Virus record (IMG/VR): IMGVR_UViG_3300045996_000936
Coordinates: 523 to 64,522 of that record
Reading direction: 5' to 3' (one strand)
DNA: 64,000 bases
DNA from: a virus
Taxonomy: Duplodnaviria; Caudoviricetes
Position numbers and translations under genes: made by a program. The notes below the pieces were generated by a model. The model was not told where the DNA came from and searched no databases. It saw only the letters and a program-made list of their open reading frames with translations. Within the stretch, counting starts at the first letter, position 1; every line of letters starts with the position of its first letter. Positions 1-8,490 of the stretch are shown here, piece after piece.

Positions 1-1
1 C

Positions 2-163
2 TCTATGGTCAAGTTCGCCAAGAGGTACGTATTCCACCTCCACGGTCCAATCCTGGAGTGCTATCCGTGCTTGCCACCACCAGCAGAGAGCTTGCACGCC
101 CTCCAAGTCAGGGCGGTTCTCGGCGGTAGCCCGAACTCTCTCTGGAGAAGAGGGACGCTCCGG
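2..163 (-). CDS. Partial hypothetical phage protein running off the left edge (start uncertain)
   Basis: Open frame reads ...LCWWWQARIALQDWTVEVEYVPLGELDHR with no stop before base 1; follows the 165-419 gene. Confidence 0.35.
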
Positions 164-164
164 C

Positions 165-419
165 TCAGGCGTCGAGGAATGGACCTCTAGTAGATCCTGG
201 GCGGGGAGTCGGCTCCGAACCTTCCTCCGAGCGAATGACAGCCGGTCGGACCATGACGTAACGATCTGAGCTCCCCGTCGCCACATAGAAGCCTTCCTTT
301 CCGTGGTGGTTCAGGTGCTCTTCTAGGATGGCACCTTCTCGGTGTGGGCAATTCGGGTCAGCGCAGCCCCACCGATCGTGAATTCCGAAGATGACGCGGT
401 GTTCTTGGTGTAGTTTCAC
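165..419 (-). CDS. Hypothetical protein
   Basis: 84-aa ORF; start overlaps the upstream stop (GTGA). Confidence 0.6.
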   Translation of the reverse strand: MKLHQEHRVIFGIHDRWGCADPNCPHREGAILEEHLNHHGKEGFYVATGSSDRYVMVRPAVIRSEEGSEPTPRPGSTRGPFLDA

Positions 420-1276
420 TTCTGGTACCTTCGATGTCCTCTTGGTGTTAGGGACTTACCTCTGCGCTCGGACCGGCTGGGCATCTTGGATCCGTCCAGA
501 ACCGGGTCGACGGAATGGAGGGGATTAATTGCAAGCCTCCCATCCAGCTTGTCGTAGATTTCCTGGGGTACGGCAGCCGACTCCGTTTCTACGAATAGGA
601 TCTGGCGAGGGATTTTATGCGTCTCCCGCTCGACCAGGGTTACCTCGTTCTCCGCACGCGGCGAGACCCGGACCAGTCCGCGCTGGATCAGGCGGTTGAA
701 GGCGGTGACGAGGGTCAGCCTGGAGTAGATCTTCTTCTCCGGGATGTCCTCCTTCTCGTCCACGACGATACCCGCCTTGTCGCAGACCCGCTTAGTGGAT
801 GGGGAGCGTCCCAGCTGACGCATGGCGTCGATCAGCATTCCCTCCAAAGCCTCCTCTGGAGAAGAGGTTCGCCCCTCGACCATTGCTGCGCTCAGCCTAG
901 CGGTTATCTCCTCTTCAGGGAGTGGCTCCTCAACGAGACGCTGCTTCACCCGCTTCAGCTCGGCCATGCCTGCCGCCAGCTCCGGGCAGAGCTTTACTCG
1001 GTGCGCTTCCATCCATTCTTCGTCCTCGAAGGATTCAGGCTTCACGCCCCGAGCGATTAGCTTCTGTACGTCGTTAGGGTAGAGGACCACGTAGGGCAAC
1101 TCAGGGTTATCGCCATTGTCTCGCAATCTCTCTCTCATTGCGACGATGTCCCCGTAAGGGTCTGAGCCGTAGTTCCAGCGATTGTCCGCTTCCGAGACTC
1201 TCTCGCTGAGCGCGTTATTCGCTTTCGCCTCTGCGGCGTCAGCGAGCTTACTGGTCAGAGTGTTGTCGGGGTTCAC
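416..1276 (-). CDS. Hypothetical protein, possible winged-HTH in the C-terminal half
   Basis: 286 aa, GTGA-coupled; GRSPSTKRVCDKAGI...AFNRLIQRGLVRV resembles a wHTH. Confidence 0.7.
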   Translation of the reverse strand: MNPDNTLTSKLADAAEAKANNALSERVSEADNRWNYGSDPYGDIVAMRERLRDNGDNPELPYVVLYPNDVQKLIARGVKPESFEDEEWMEAHRVKLCPELAAGMAELKRVKQRLVEEPLPEEEITARLSAAMVEGRTSSPEEALEGMLIDAMRQLGRSPSTKRVCDKAGIVVDEKEDIPEKKIYSRLTLVTAFNRLIQRGLVRVSPRAENEVTLVERETHKIPRQILFVETESAAVPQEIYDKLDGRLAINPLHSVDPVLDGSKMPSRSERRGKSLTPRGHRRYQK

Positions 1277-1530
1277 TGCTCAATCTCCTCGTACTTCCGT
1301 TCGAAGATGTCGGGCTTACAGGGGTAGTAGTGCTCGCCATCTCCTTCGGGGATGATGTAGTCGCCTTCCACAAGGCGAACGGCCTGCTCCTGATGGAGAG
1401 TGTGGACGTGAGGGGCAGATCCGCACTCGTCTGAGGAGCATTGGCAGACGCCTCGCATACTTCCGGCGTCTTCTCCCTCGTACTGCTCCGCTTCAATCTC
1501 TACCGGCTTGGACCGGTATCTCTTAACCAT
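1273..1530 (-). CDS. Conserved small phage protein
   Basis: YRSKPVEIEAEQ...GDYII...YYPCKPDIFERKYE pattern common in phage proteins. Confidence 0.8.
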   Translation of the reverse strand: MVKRYRSKPVEIEAEQYEGEDAGSMRGVCQCSSDECGSAPHVHTLHQEQAVRLVEGDYIIPEGDGEHYYPCKPDIFERKYEEIEQ

Positions 1531-2533
1531 TAATCCGCTCTCCTTTGGCGTTGTAGCGTGGGATTACCTCGTCTTGGGCGAGTCCCTCGCGGATGATCAC
1601 CTCGGCGTCTATGATCGGTTCTCCGGTCCGCTCATAGATCTCTATGGCTTCCTGACGTCCCTCTACCCCAGGAGGAAGAAGGCTCGCTCGGGCACCGTGA
1701 ACCGTCTTATTGTAGTAGCGGTGAATCGCTTCCATCGCCATCTGCTGCTCGACGGGGTCCTTCATACACTCCAGGATCAGGTTGATGATGTGGTCGATTA
1801 CCTGCAAGGCGTTCCCTGCAGTAATCGCCTCCGCATCCATCTGGTCCTTCTTGCGTTCCACCTCCACGAGCCGGGTGCGGTGCTGCTGTGCGGCCTGGAG
1901 GTCGTTCCAGGTTTCTCGGTAATTCCTCTCACTGGAAGAAAGCTTCTTGAGAGCTTCGAGCCGCTTCTTGAGGTTGCGGTAAGTGATGAGAGGGTCTGGG
2001 TTCTCGAAGTCCTCCTCCATCCGCGCCACCAGGACTTCTAGGCGAGCCACCGTGCGGTCAGAGAGTTGCTCCGCGAGTTGACTGGAGAGTTCTTCGATCC
2101 GAGCGTCCCAGATGGCAATGTCTGGGCGCATGCTGAGAATGTCCTCGGCGTGCATCGCTCGGAACGCTCCCTCCGCAATGCGGCTGGGGAGCAGACTGTA
2201 GCGTCCGCCGAGAGTTGCTGCTGGAGCATCGGCTCCTATGAGTTGCGTTCCGCCATGCAAGTTGCACCTTCCGTTCATTTTCACGTCTGTACGTCTACAA
2301 CGAATGCCGTTGTTGTTGGGTCCGTTGCAGACCGCGATTCCCCAACGATTGTAGGCGTAGACGACCTGACCGTTGGGGCGTATATGTAAGTAGCGGTCCC
2401 CGACAGTGGCGATTCGGTAAGTGCCTCGCCTCTCCCTCAACCAGGACGCTCCACCTTCGCTGGGTTTGGTGGGTCCTACTCCGGGACCGCTACGATCTGT
2501 CCACTTCTGTTCTGAACTCGGCTGAGTACCCAT
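1523..2533 (-). CDS. HGGxSTG-type protein, probable terminase small subunit
   Basis: C..RC..NGRCNLHGG motif followed by a helical/coiled-coil region; start set to the ATG at 2533 just after a class II promoter motif. Confidence 0.7.
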   Translation of the reverse strand: MGTQPSSEQKWTDRSGPGVGPTKPSEGGASWLRERRGTYRIATVGDRYLHIRPNGQVVYAYNRWGIAVCNGPNNNGIRCRRTDVKMNGRCNLHGGTQLIGADAPAATLGGRYSLLPSRIAEGAFRAMHAEDILSMRPDIAIWDARIEELSSQLAEQLSDRTVARLEVLVARMEEDFENPDPLITYRNLKKRLEALKKLSSSERNYRETWNDLQAAQQHRTRLVEVERKKDQMDAEAITAGNALQVIDHIINLILECMKDPVEQQMAMEAIHRYYNKTVHGARASLLPPGVEGRQEAIEIYERTGEPIIDAEVIIREGLAQDEVIPRYNAKGERING

Positions 2534-2539
2534 ACTGTT

Positions 2540-2570
2540 GTTAGGTTCCTCCCACAACGCAAATAGACCT
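2540..2570 (-). promoter_or_regulatory. Class II promoter motif (AGG-N18-SGAA-N0-2-CTAAC)
   Basis: AGGTC-N16-GGAACCTAAC; one of six copies with the same spacing. Confidence 0.6.
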
Positions 2571-2709
2571 GCTAATTCAGTCTCTGGTAGGTTGCTGCTT
2601 GCTTGGTCAGCTTAAATTGGGTCGATTTGCGTTGCTTAACAAGCTTTTGCCCCAACAACGTGAATTTGCGTCATTTTACGCATTTTCGCCTCTCCGATAG
2701 CGGTATTGG

Positions 2710-3296
2710 AAGATTGACACGGGAAAACGGGAAGGTTTGGAGGGGTGAAAACTCCAAATCGACCCCACCGCGACAGCCTTACCCCTCAATGCCGGATTCC
2801 CCTCAATTGAGCATCCCACGTGCGCGCCCTCGCGCGTGGAGGCGTATATGATCCTCGGTGAGAACCGTTTTATAAGCTCAAGCAAGCTTACGATAACTGT
2901 AATAACAATTAACATTATTGTTGTTTAAGAGAGGAATTAATCCTCAAGATAGAATAAGAATATAGGTCACTTGTAACGTAAGTAAGAGTTTTTATTGTTA
3001 TTAATTAGACTTAGTTCGTCGATATACCCTTAAGATAAGCGTTTCAATAACTGGAAGTAACAAGCTCTGGAATTACCCCTCAATGAGGGTTTTCCCTCAA
3101 TTCAGCTTGCTTGCCCTGCTATACATCGAAGGGCATTTTGCTGTTTTCGCCCCCCTCAACCCTGCGGTTTTCCCGTGTCAATCTTACGACAACGGTATTT
3201 TGGCGTTTTCGGGCTGTTCGGAGCGAGCCTGAAACGACAAGCTTTCGGGTATCCAAAATTACCCCTCAATGAAGGAAACCCCTCAATCTGAGGGTT
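2710..3296. repeat. Origin-like module A: 19-bp inverted repeat, AT-rich core, CCCTCAAT iteron pairs
   Basis: AAGATTGACACGGGAAAAC at 2710-2728 with its reverse complement at 3167-3185; (C)CCCTCAAT pairs at 2782/2799, 3076/3093, 3262/3279; AT-rich ~2870-3060; adjacent to primase-helicase. Confidence 0.75.
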
Positions 3297-3343
3297 CCGT
3301 AAGCTCTGGAAGCGTCAGCTGCGCTGCGCTTCTCTGGAAGGAA

Positions 3344-3379
3344 GGCCACTCCTACGCAATCTCAAGCGTAGGAGTGGCC
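3344..3379 (-). terminator. 14-bp perfect hairpin after primase-helicase
   Basis: GGCCACTCCTACGC / GCGTAGGAGTGGCC, followed on the - strand by TTCCTTCCAG. Confidence 0.7.
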
Positions 3380-3393
3380 ACCTGGGTGCGATC

Positions 3394-5481
3394 CTAGGCC
3401 TTGCGGCCAGGAACCTTCCGGCGGACCGTGGCAGGCTTCTCTACCATTCCAGCACCCTCCCAATAGGCGGTCAGCTGGCGGCTGAGTTCGTACTCGTAGG
3501 TCCCACCGCCCTGCTTCCCTTGCAGCTGGACCAGCGAACGGGTGACCGCGCCGACCCAGTAGAGAGTGTCGAGCTGATCCCGAACGGTGGACTCGGGGAT
3601 GTTGCAGGCCTTGCTGATGGACTGAACGCTGCCGCCTGGGACCCGGTGGAGGTAATGCAGGACCTCCAAGTTCCAAGCCGCACAGGAGTCCAGAGCCACT
3701 CGACGCACGATCCGACGGTCGTCATCCGTCACTGTCGCAGGCCATCGCTGGAGAGAGAGACCCAGGAGCAACTTCGCGAGCTGCTTGGCGAGGCGAGTTC
3801 CCATCTCCGGCTGTGGGCGATACATCAGCCGAGTGCGGTCTCCCCGATCGCGGGTTACCGTAGCTCGGAGGATGCTGACTAACTCCGCCAAGTTGATCAG
3901 GAAGTCCAGGTCCCTTTCTTCCAGAGAGGGAACGTCCTCCGGTTCGATGCGGTAGCGGAAGAACGCGTTGGCATACTCCTGCAGCTTTTCCCGCATGCCG
4001 GTTTCGGTTCCTACGTTCCGCAGTGCCGCTCGGATTTGCCGAGCATTGTGCGCACCGGGAACATGGTTCACCTTAAGGACCAGGAACCTTTCTCCCAGAG
4101 AGGCTTGGCTCTCCCCGAAGATCGCATGCGTTACGCCGGTCAGCATGTTGAAGAAGCCTCGGTATTCACGCAACGTGCCCGTGCCGAAACTCTTCTCCAC
4201 TCGACCGTCGTAAGCTCCTCGGAAGATCGCGTAGATCTCCTCCCTCTGCGTCACGTTCATCTGCAGGATCTCGGTCCAGTCCTTCAGTAGGAACGTCTTG
4301 CTATAGAGCAAGGGGAGGAGGCTCGGGTCCTTCTGTCCCTTGTCTTGGTATCCACTTGCCAGCGAGTGCACCGTGACTGTGGACCGCATAATGGTGTTGC
4401 CCACTTCCGCCAGGGAGTTGATCACCTCGGACTTGCCACTCCCAGCCGGAGCTGCGATGTGCATCCAGAGAGGATCTCCGTCGAGCTGCGCAGTCAGGAC
4501 CACTGCGCCTCCCACTCGGAGCATGTCCCGCATGTCCGGAGTGAACTCCAAGAGGGAGCGATACTGATCCTCCAGCCACTCCCAAGTGGGGCGGGTCCCA
4601 CTCGCCAACGCAGGCCATCCCTTGAGCAGCTCGGAGGCTTTGATGGTCTCCTTGGCCGGAGGACCCATGTCCTCGTCGCGACCCGGCTCGACCATGCCGA
4701 GCAACTTATCCAAGGTGCCACCTTCTCGGACGAAGTCCCTCAAGTCGAACTTAGGAGGGAACTCCGGTGGCCAGTAGACCGCTCGAACGCGCCGAGCCGT
4801 GCCGATGGCCTTGAAGGCTTTCTTCACCGCCATCTCACCAGCCGCGTCGTTGTCGTAGACGAGGATGACGTCCTTCCCCTCGAAGAGTTCGAGCCACTCC
4901 GGCTTGAGGACATTGCTTCCAGGAGTTGCCACCGCGATGGCGTTCACCTCCGCATCCGCCAGGAGCTGAATGCAGGCAATCCGATCCCACTCGCCCTCGC
5001 AAAGGAAGACGGGTAGGTCCGGATCGCTTCCAGCCAGTTCCTCCGCACCGTAGAGACCCAGGGCGAATCCGCCCTTCATCCCCCAGAGCTTGCCATCCGG
5101 ACCGAAGTAACGGAAGTTGATCAGCGTGCCCTTGGCATTCCGAATTGGAATATACCAGTTGTCGCCGTCGTAGACCAACCCCGCACCCTTGAGCGTCTCC
5201 TTCCGGATGCCTCGGTTCGCAGCGAGGTTGTCCCACACGCCCTCGCCTGGTGGCTCCAGCAGACGCGCTGCATACCATTCCTTGAAGAACGAGTAGATGT
5301 TCCCTTGCGAACCACAGCGTCCGGCCTTGCAGCTATACATCCCGGAGACGGGGTTGACGTAGAACTTATTATGACCCCTGCAGATCGGACAGTTCCCGTA
5401 CTTCTCGCCTCCGGACTCACCGGCTTCATCGAATCCCAGCTTCTCGTAGGCTGGCATCCGATTCGGATTCGTGTCCGCCAT
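3394..5481 (-). CDS. DNA primase-helicase (Zn finger + TOPRIM + P-loop ATPase + wHTH)
   Basis: CPIC...CKAGRC Zn finger; CEGEWD and YDND TOPRIM motifs; APAGSGKS Walker A; C-terminal HTH. Confidence 0.9.
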   Translation of the reverse strand: MADTNPNRMPAYEKLGFDEAGESGGEKYGNCPICRGHNKFYVNPVSGMYSCKAGRCGSQGNIYSFFKEWYAARLLEPPGEGVWDNLAANRGIRKETLKGAGLVYDGDNWYIPIRNAKGTLINFRYFGPDGKLWGMKGGFALGLYGAEELAGSDPDLPVFLCEGEWDRIACIQLLADAEVNAIAVATPGSNVLKPEWLELFEGKDVILVYDNDAAGEMAVKKAFKAIGTARRVRAVYWPPEFPPKFDLRDFVREGGTLDKLLGMVEPGRDEDMGPPAKETIKASELLKGWPALASGTRPTWEWLEDQYRSLLEFTPDMRDMLRVGGAVVLTAQLDGDPLWMHIAAPAGSGKSEVINSLAEVGNTIMRSTVTVHSLASGYQDKGQKDPSLLPLLYSKTFLLKDWTEILQMNVTQREEIYAIFRGAYDGRVEKSFGTGTLREYRGFFNMLTGVTHAIFGESQASLGERFLVLKVNHVPGAHNARQIRAALRNVGTETGMREKLQEYANAFFRYRIEPEDVPSLEERDLDFLINLAELVSILRATVTRDRGDRTRLMYRPQPEMGTRLAKQLAKLLLGLSLQRWPATVTDDDRRIVRRVALDSCAAWNLEVLHYLHRVPGGSVQSISKACNIPESTVRDQLDTLYWVGAVTRSLVQLQGKQGGGTYEYELSRQLTAYWEGAGMVEKPATVRRKVPGRKA

Positions 5482-5482
5482 C

Positions 5483-6220
5483 CTACCCGCCTCCGTCACA
5501 ACCTGGAGAATCTTCGATCACAGAGCCAGGCACCGGCTGGTAAGCACCGGCGTCGACCAACTGGAGAATCCGAAGCGCACGCCGGATTACTGCTTGAGGA
5601 GAGCAGTCGTACACTTCACGCATTCGGTAGAGAACTGCGTACTCCTCCTGGGAGAGAGGCAAGAGGACGCTCTGCGTCTTCTCCCACTCTCCAAACTCGA
5701 AGCGATTCGGGAGGAAGACGTCTGAGCCCACTTCTCGACTCTTCTCGTTGAACTTCTCAACGACTTCCTTCTCCAGGATGAGACCGGCTCGCGCAGCAGC
5801 CAGGTCGTTGTAGGTCTGGACGTCGGCTAGTTCCTCTCCGAACTTCTCGGTCAGTTCGGCTCGTGTTGCTCCCATGTCCTGCTCGGCGACATTGTCCAGG
5901 CGTCGGATCTTCTTGGCGAGGTTTGCAGCCTCGCCTGCCTCGCCGCAGAGAGCACCACACCACTCCAGAAGGTTCCACTTGTCGCATCCCTGATAGGAGA
6001 GAGCGTTTCGAAGCTGGTTTGCGGCAGCGAAGTGTTCGAAGGTGAGGGGTTCTCCCCCGTCTATGGATGCGGACTCGATAGAGATTCGCTGGCACATCTC
6101 CTCCTGGAGAGAAGCAGCTCGTTCGAGGAGAGCCGCGAGGGACTTCGTCTCTTCGGTGACGTGCGGCTTCGCGTAGTATTCCTCTAGGATCTCTTTAACT
6201 CGTTGCGGACTGATAGCCAT
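5483..6220 (-). CDS. MazG-like nucleotide pyrophosphohydrolase with a C-terminal ribbon-helix-helix-like segment
   Basis: GEAGEAANLAKK...EELADV...KFNE; tail SVLLPLSQEEYAVL...SPQAVIRRAL. Confidence 0.8.
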   Translation of the reverse strand: MAISPQRVKEILEEYYAKPHVTEETKSLAALLERAASLQEEMCQRISIESASIDGGEPLTFEHFAAANQLRNALSYQGCDKWNLLEWCGALCGEAGEAANLAKKIRRLDNVAEQDMGATRAELTEKFGEELADVQTYNDLAAARAGLILEKEVVEKFNEKSREVGSDVFLPNRFEFGEWEKTQSVLLPLSQEEYAVLYRMREVYDCSPQAVIRRALRILQLVDAGAYQPVPGSVIEDSPGCDGGG

Positions 6221-6245
6221 TCGTTTACTCCGGGCACACTGGCCC

Positions 6246-8411
6246 TTACGCGGTCAGACTGAACTCGGCTTTCTCGTCCCATCCATTGACGATGCGATTA
6301 GGCTCGACTGGCATGGGGACTTCTAGCCTGCCTTGCGTGTCTTCCATAATCCGAGCCAATCCTCGGAGCAGTGGGATATAGGCATGCTTGGCGAGTATCT
6401 CGAACACGATTTCATCGTGGATGGTCATAACAACATGAGCGTCCAGGCCGGTTCCTTTCAGGTAATGATGGCAGCGATAAACCGCCATCTTCATCATGTC
6501 AGCAGCCGTCCCTTGGACCATGTAGTTAACGGCGCGATAGCTGAAAGCGGAGTCGATGTCCAGCCTTCGCCCGTACCGGGTGGTAATGAAGCCGTCACGC
6601 TCCCCTTGAGCGGAGAGGGTCTTCATGTAGGGTTTGATGCCAGGGAAGGCATCGAGGATTGCCTGTAGTGTGGCTCTTGCCTCCTTCTCGCTGCACTTCA
6701 ACAGCTCCATCACGGCGCGTGCACCTCCGCCGTAAATCAGGTTGAACATCGTGATCTTACCCTTGTTACGGGTGCGCTTCAAGCCGAGTGTCTTCTCCGC
6801 TTTCACGATGTCGTAGTCGAACCGAGCCAGGAACGAGTCCGCGACCTCCAAGGCCAGGTTGCTAGTCACGCCCTTGCGTGCCTTGTCCATACTCCAGCCG
6901 TACTCCTCCCAGACGCCGAGGATAGCCTTCTGGTCGTCGGACATGGCTGTCTCTCTGGAGAAGGAGGAGTTGCCCAGCTCCAGGGAGTGGGCCATGGCGT
7001 CGAGAGCGGCGTGGTTCCCCTTCCCTCCCCAGGCTCGGTTAGCAATCTCGGTATTGATATCCCGCCCTTCCATCAGAGCAGCCATCAGCAGAGGCTCCTC
7101 GCTTACCTCCGCGAAGATGCGCACCTCCTGCTGCGCGTAGTCGAACGCGTACCAGAGGTAGCCCGGACGCGGACCAAATGGTATGCGTGAGTTAATGTAT
7201 TCAGCAGACCTCGCGGACTTGGATGTGTCCGCAGCCTGCTGCATGTTCGGATCCTGGCAACTGAACCTACCCGTCTTCGCTCCCGCTTGATTAAAGCTGG
7301 GATGGATAACCAGACTGCCAGTGCCGAGATCGTCAGCAACGGCCAGAAGCTTGTACTTCTCATAGAACTCGGTGCCTTTCTTCGCTGCCCTCCAGCTGAT
7401 CAACTGGCTGACGAATTCGTGGTTCTCGTAGACTGCCAGGACGTCCGCATCGCAGCAAGGCTTAGGAGGATTCGCCTTCGTCCACTTGACTACTTCCAGC
7501 TCATAAGGTTCGCCTCCGAAGAGTACCTTCCCGACCTGTTGTGGGGAGCCGGGATTGAACTTCGGGTTCTTGATGATATCCCTGAGAACCTGAGTCTTCT
7601 CCTCCTTCTTGGCAGCGTACGCCTGACGTTCCTTCTCTCCAGAGATAGGATCGTATCGGATGCCTCGCCCCTCCATTTCCCAGACCACATGCCAGAGCTT
7701 CATCTCCTGCTTGTATGTGGCGTGTCGGACGGGGTCATCTCCCAGCTGAACTCGAAGGCAATCCCAGACCTTGATGGTACGGAAGGCGTCTCGCAGGCCA
7801 TAGTTCCGGCAGGCGGTCTCCCATTCGTCCGGGATCTCAGGCCACTCCATGCCATCCGGCAGGTAGTCGAGCATGTCCTCGTTCTTGGCGGTCCAGAGCA
7901 TTCCTGGGAGCCAGTAGTCCGCCTTGGCTGGAGAATCCCCGAATCGGTCCCCAGTGGCCAGTGCCCATCCGAGCTTTTTCGCCACGCGGCGAGCTTTCTC
8001 AACGATGGCACCCAGCTCTTCTTCGTCATCGCGAGGGATGCCCATGAAACTCCAGGCCATGTCCTTCAGGCCGTAACTCCAGCGGAGCGTGTTGCAGACC
8101 CGACCCGCAATCAGCACGTCGTGGATCGGACCGGCATAGCCCACTCCCGCGTGGCTCAGGTGACGGAGGTCGAACTTGGAGTTATGGAATACCTTAGGGA
8201 GCTTCGGGTCTTCCAGCAGGTTGCGAATGAACTTGATGTCCTTGGGATCGTATCGAACCTTGCGATCGAACGGGTCCACGTCCCACTCGCAGAACCAGAC
8301 CCCGCCATCCTGGTCCGCCATTGTTACCATGAAAGGGCGGTCACCGAGCCAATGATAAAGGCCAGTGGTCTCACAGTCCACCGCGAGGTAAGTCTTCGGA
8401 TTGAACGCCAT
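6246..8411 (-). CDS. polA: Family A DNA polymerase with 3'-5' exonuclease
   Basis: DCETTG, HNSKFD and YGLRDA exo motifs; TGRFSC..PN, DYAQQEVR, RNKGKITMFNLIYG, NYMVQGTAAD, IHDE. Confidence 0.97.
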   Translation of the reverse strand: MAFNPKTYLAVDCETTGLYHWLGDRPFMVTMADQDGGVWFCEWDVDPFDRKVRYDPKDIKFIRNLLEDPKLPKVFHNSKFDLRHLSHAGVGYAGPIHDVLIAGRVCNTLRWSYGLKDMAWSFMGIPRDDEEELGAIVEKARRVAKKLGWALATGDRFGDSPAKADYWLPGMLWTAKNEDMLDYLPDGMEWPEIPDEWETACRNYGLRDAFRTIKVWDCLRVQLGDDPVRHATYKQEMKLWHVVWEMEGRGIRYDPISGEKERQAYAAKKEEKTQVLRDIIKNPKFNPGSPQQVGKVLFGGEPYELEVVKWTKANPPKPCCDADVLAVYENHEFVSQLISWRAAKKGTEFYEKYKLLAVADDLGTGSLVIHPSFNQAGAKTGRFSCQDPNMQQAADTSKSARSAEYINSRIPFGPRPGYLWYAFDYAQQEVRIFAEVSEEPLLMAALMEGRDINTEIANRAWGGKGNHAALDAMAHSLELGNSSFSRETAMSDDQKAILGVWEEYGWSMDKARKGVTSNLALEVADSFLARFDYDIVKAEKTLGLKRTRNKGKITMFNLIYGGGARAVMELLKCSEKEARATLQAILDAFPGIKPYMKTLSAQGERDGFITTRYGRRLDIDSAFSYRAVNYMVQGTAADMMKMAVYRCHHYLKGTGLDAHVVMTIHDEIVFEILAKHAYIPLLRGLARIMEDTQGRLEVPMPVEPNRIVNGWDEKAEFSLTA

Positions 8412-8431
8412 GCCATTCCCTGGAGGAAAGG

Positions 8432-8466
8432 AAGCCGCCCCAACCCGGAGAAGGGCGGAGCGGCTT
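8432..8466 (-). terminator. Intergenic hairpin between the thyX-like gene and polA
   Basis: AAGCCGC...GCGGCTT stem followed on the - strand by CCTTTCCTCCAG. Confidence 0.45.
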
Positions 8467-8490
8467 GTCTAGAGGTTGTAGAGGTGAGAG

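Noticed and set aside
2713-2745. TTGACA in the inverted repeats as sigma-70 -35 boxes
   Set aside because: I saw no convincing -10 hexamer at 16-18 bp, and the copies point inward to non-coding DNA; treated as protein-binding repeats.
2676-2915. 79-aa - strand ORF and 82-aa + strand ORF in the origin-like region
   Set aside because: They overlap the repeat array, have atypical composition and lack an RBS.
2560-3390. Possible CRISPR array or tRNA in the large non-coding region
   Set aside because: Repeats are 8-19 bp, irregularly spaced and partly inverted; there is no repeat-spacer periodicity or cloverleaf.
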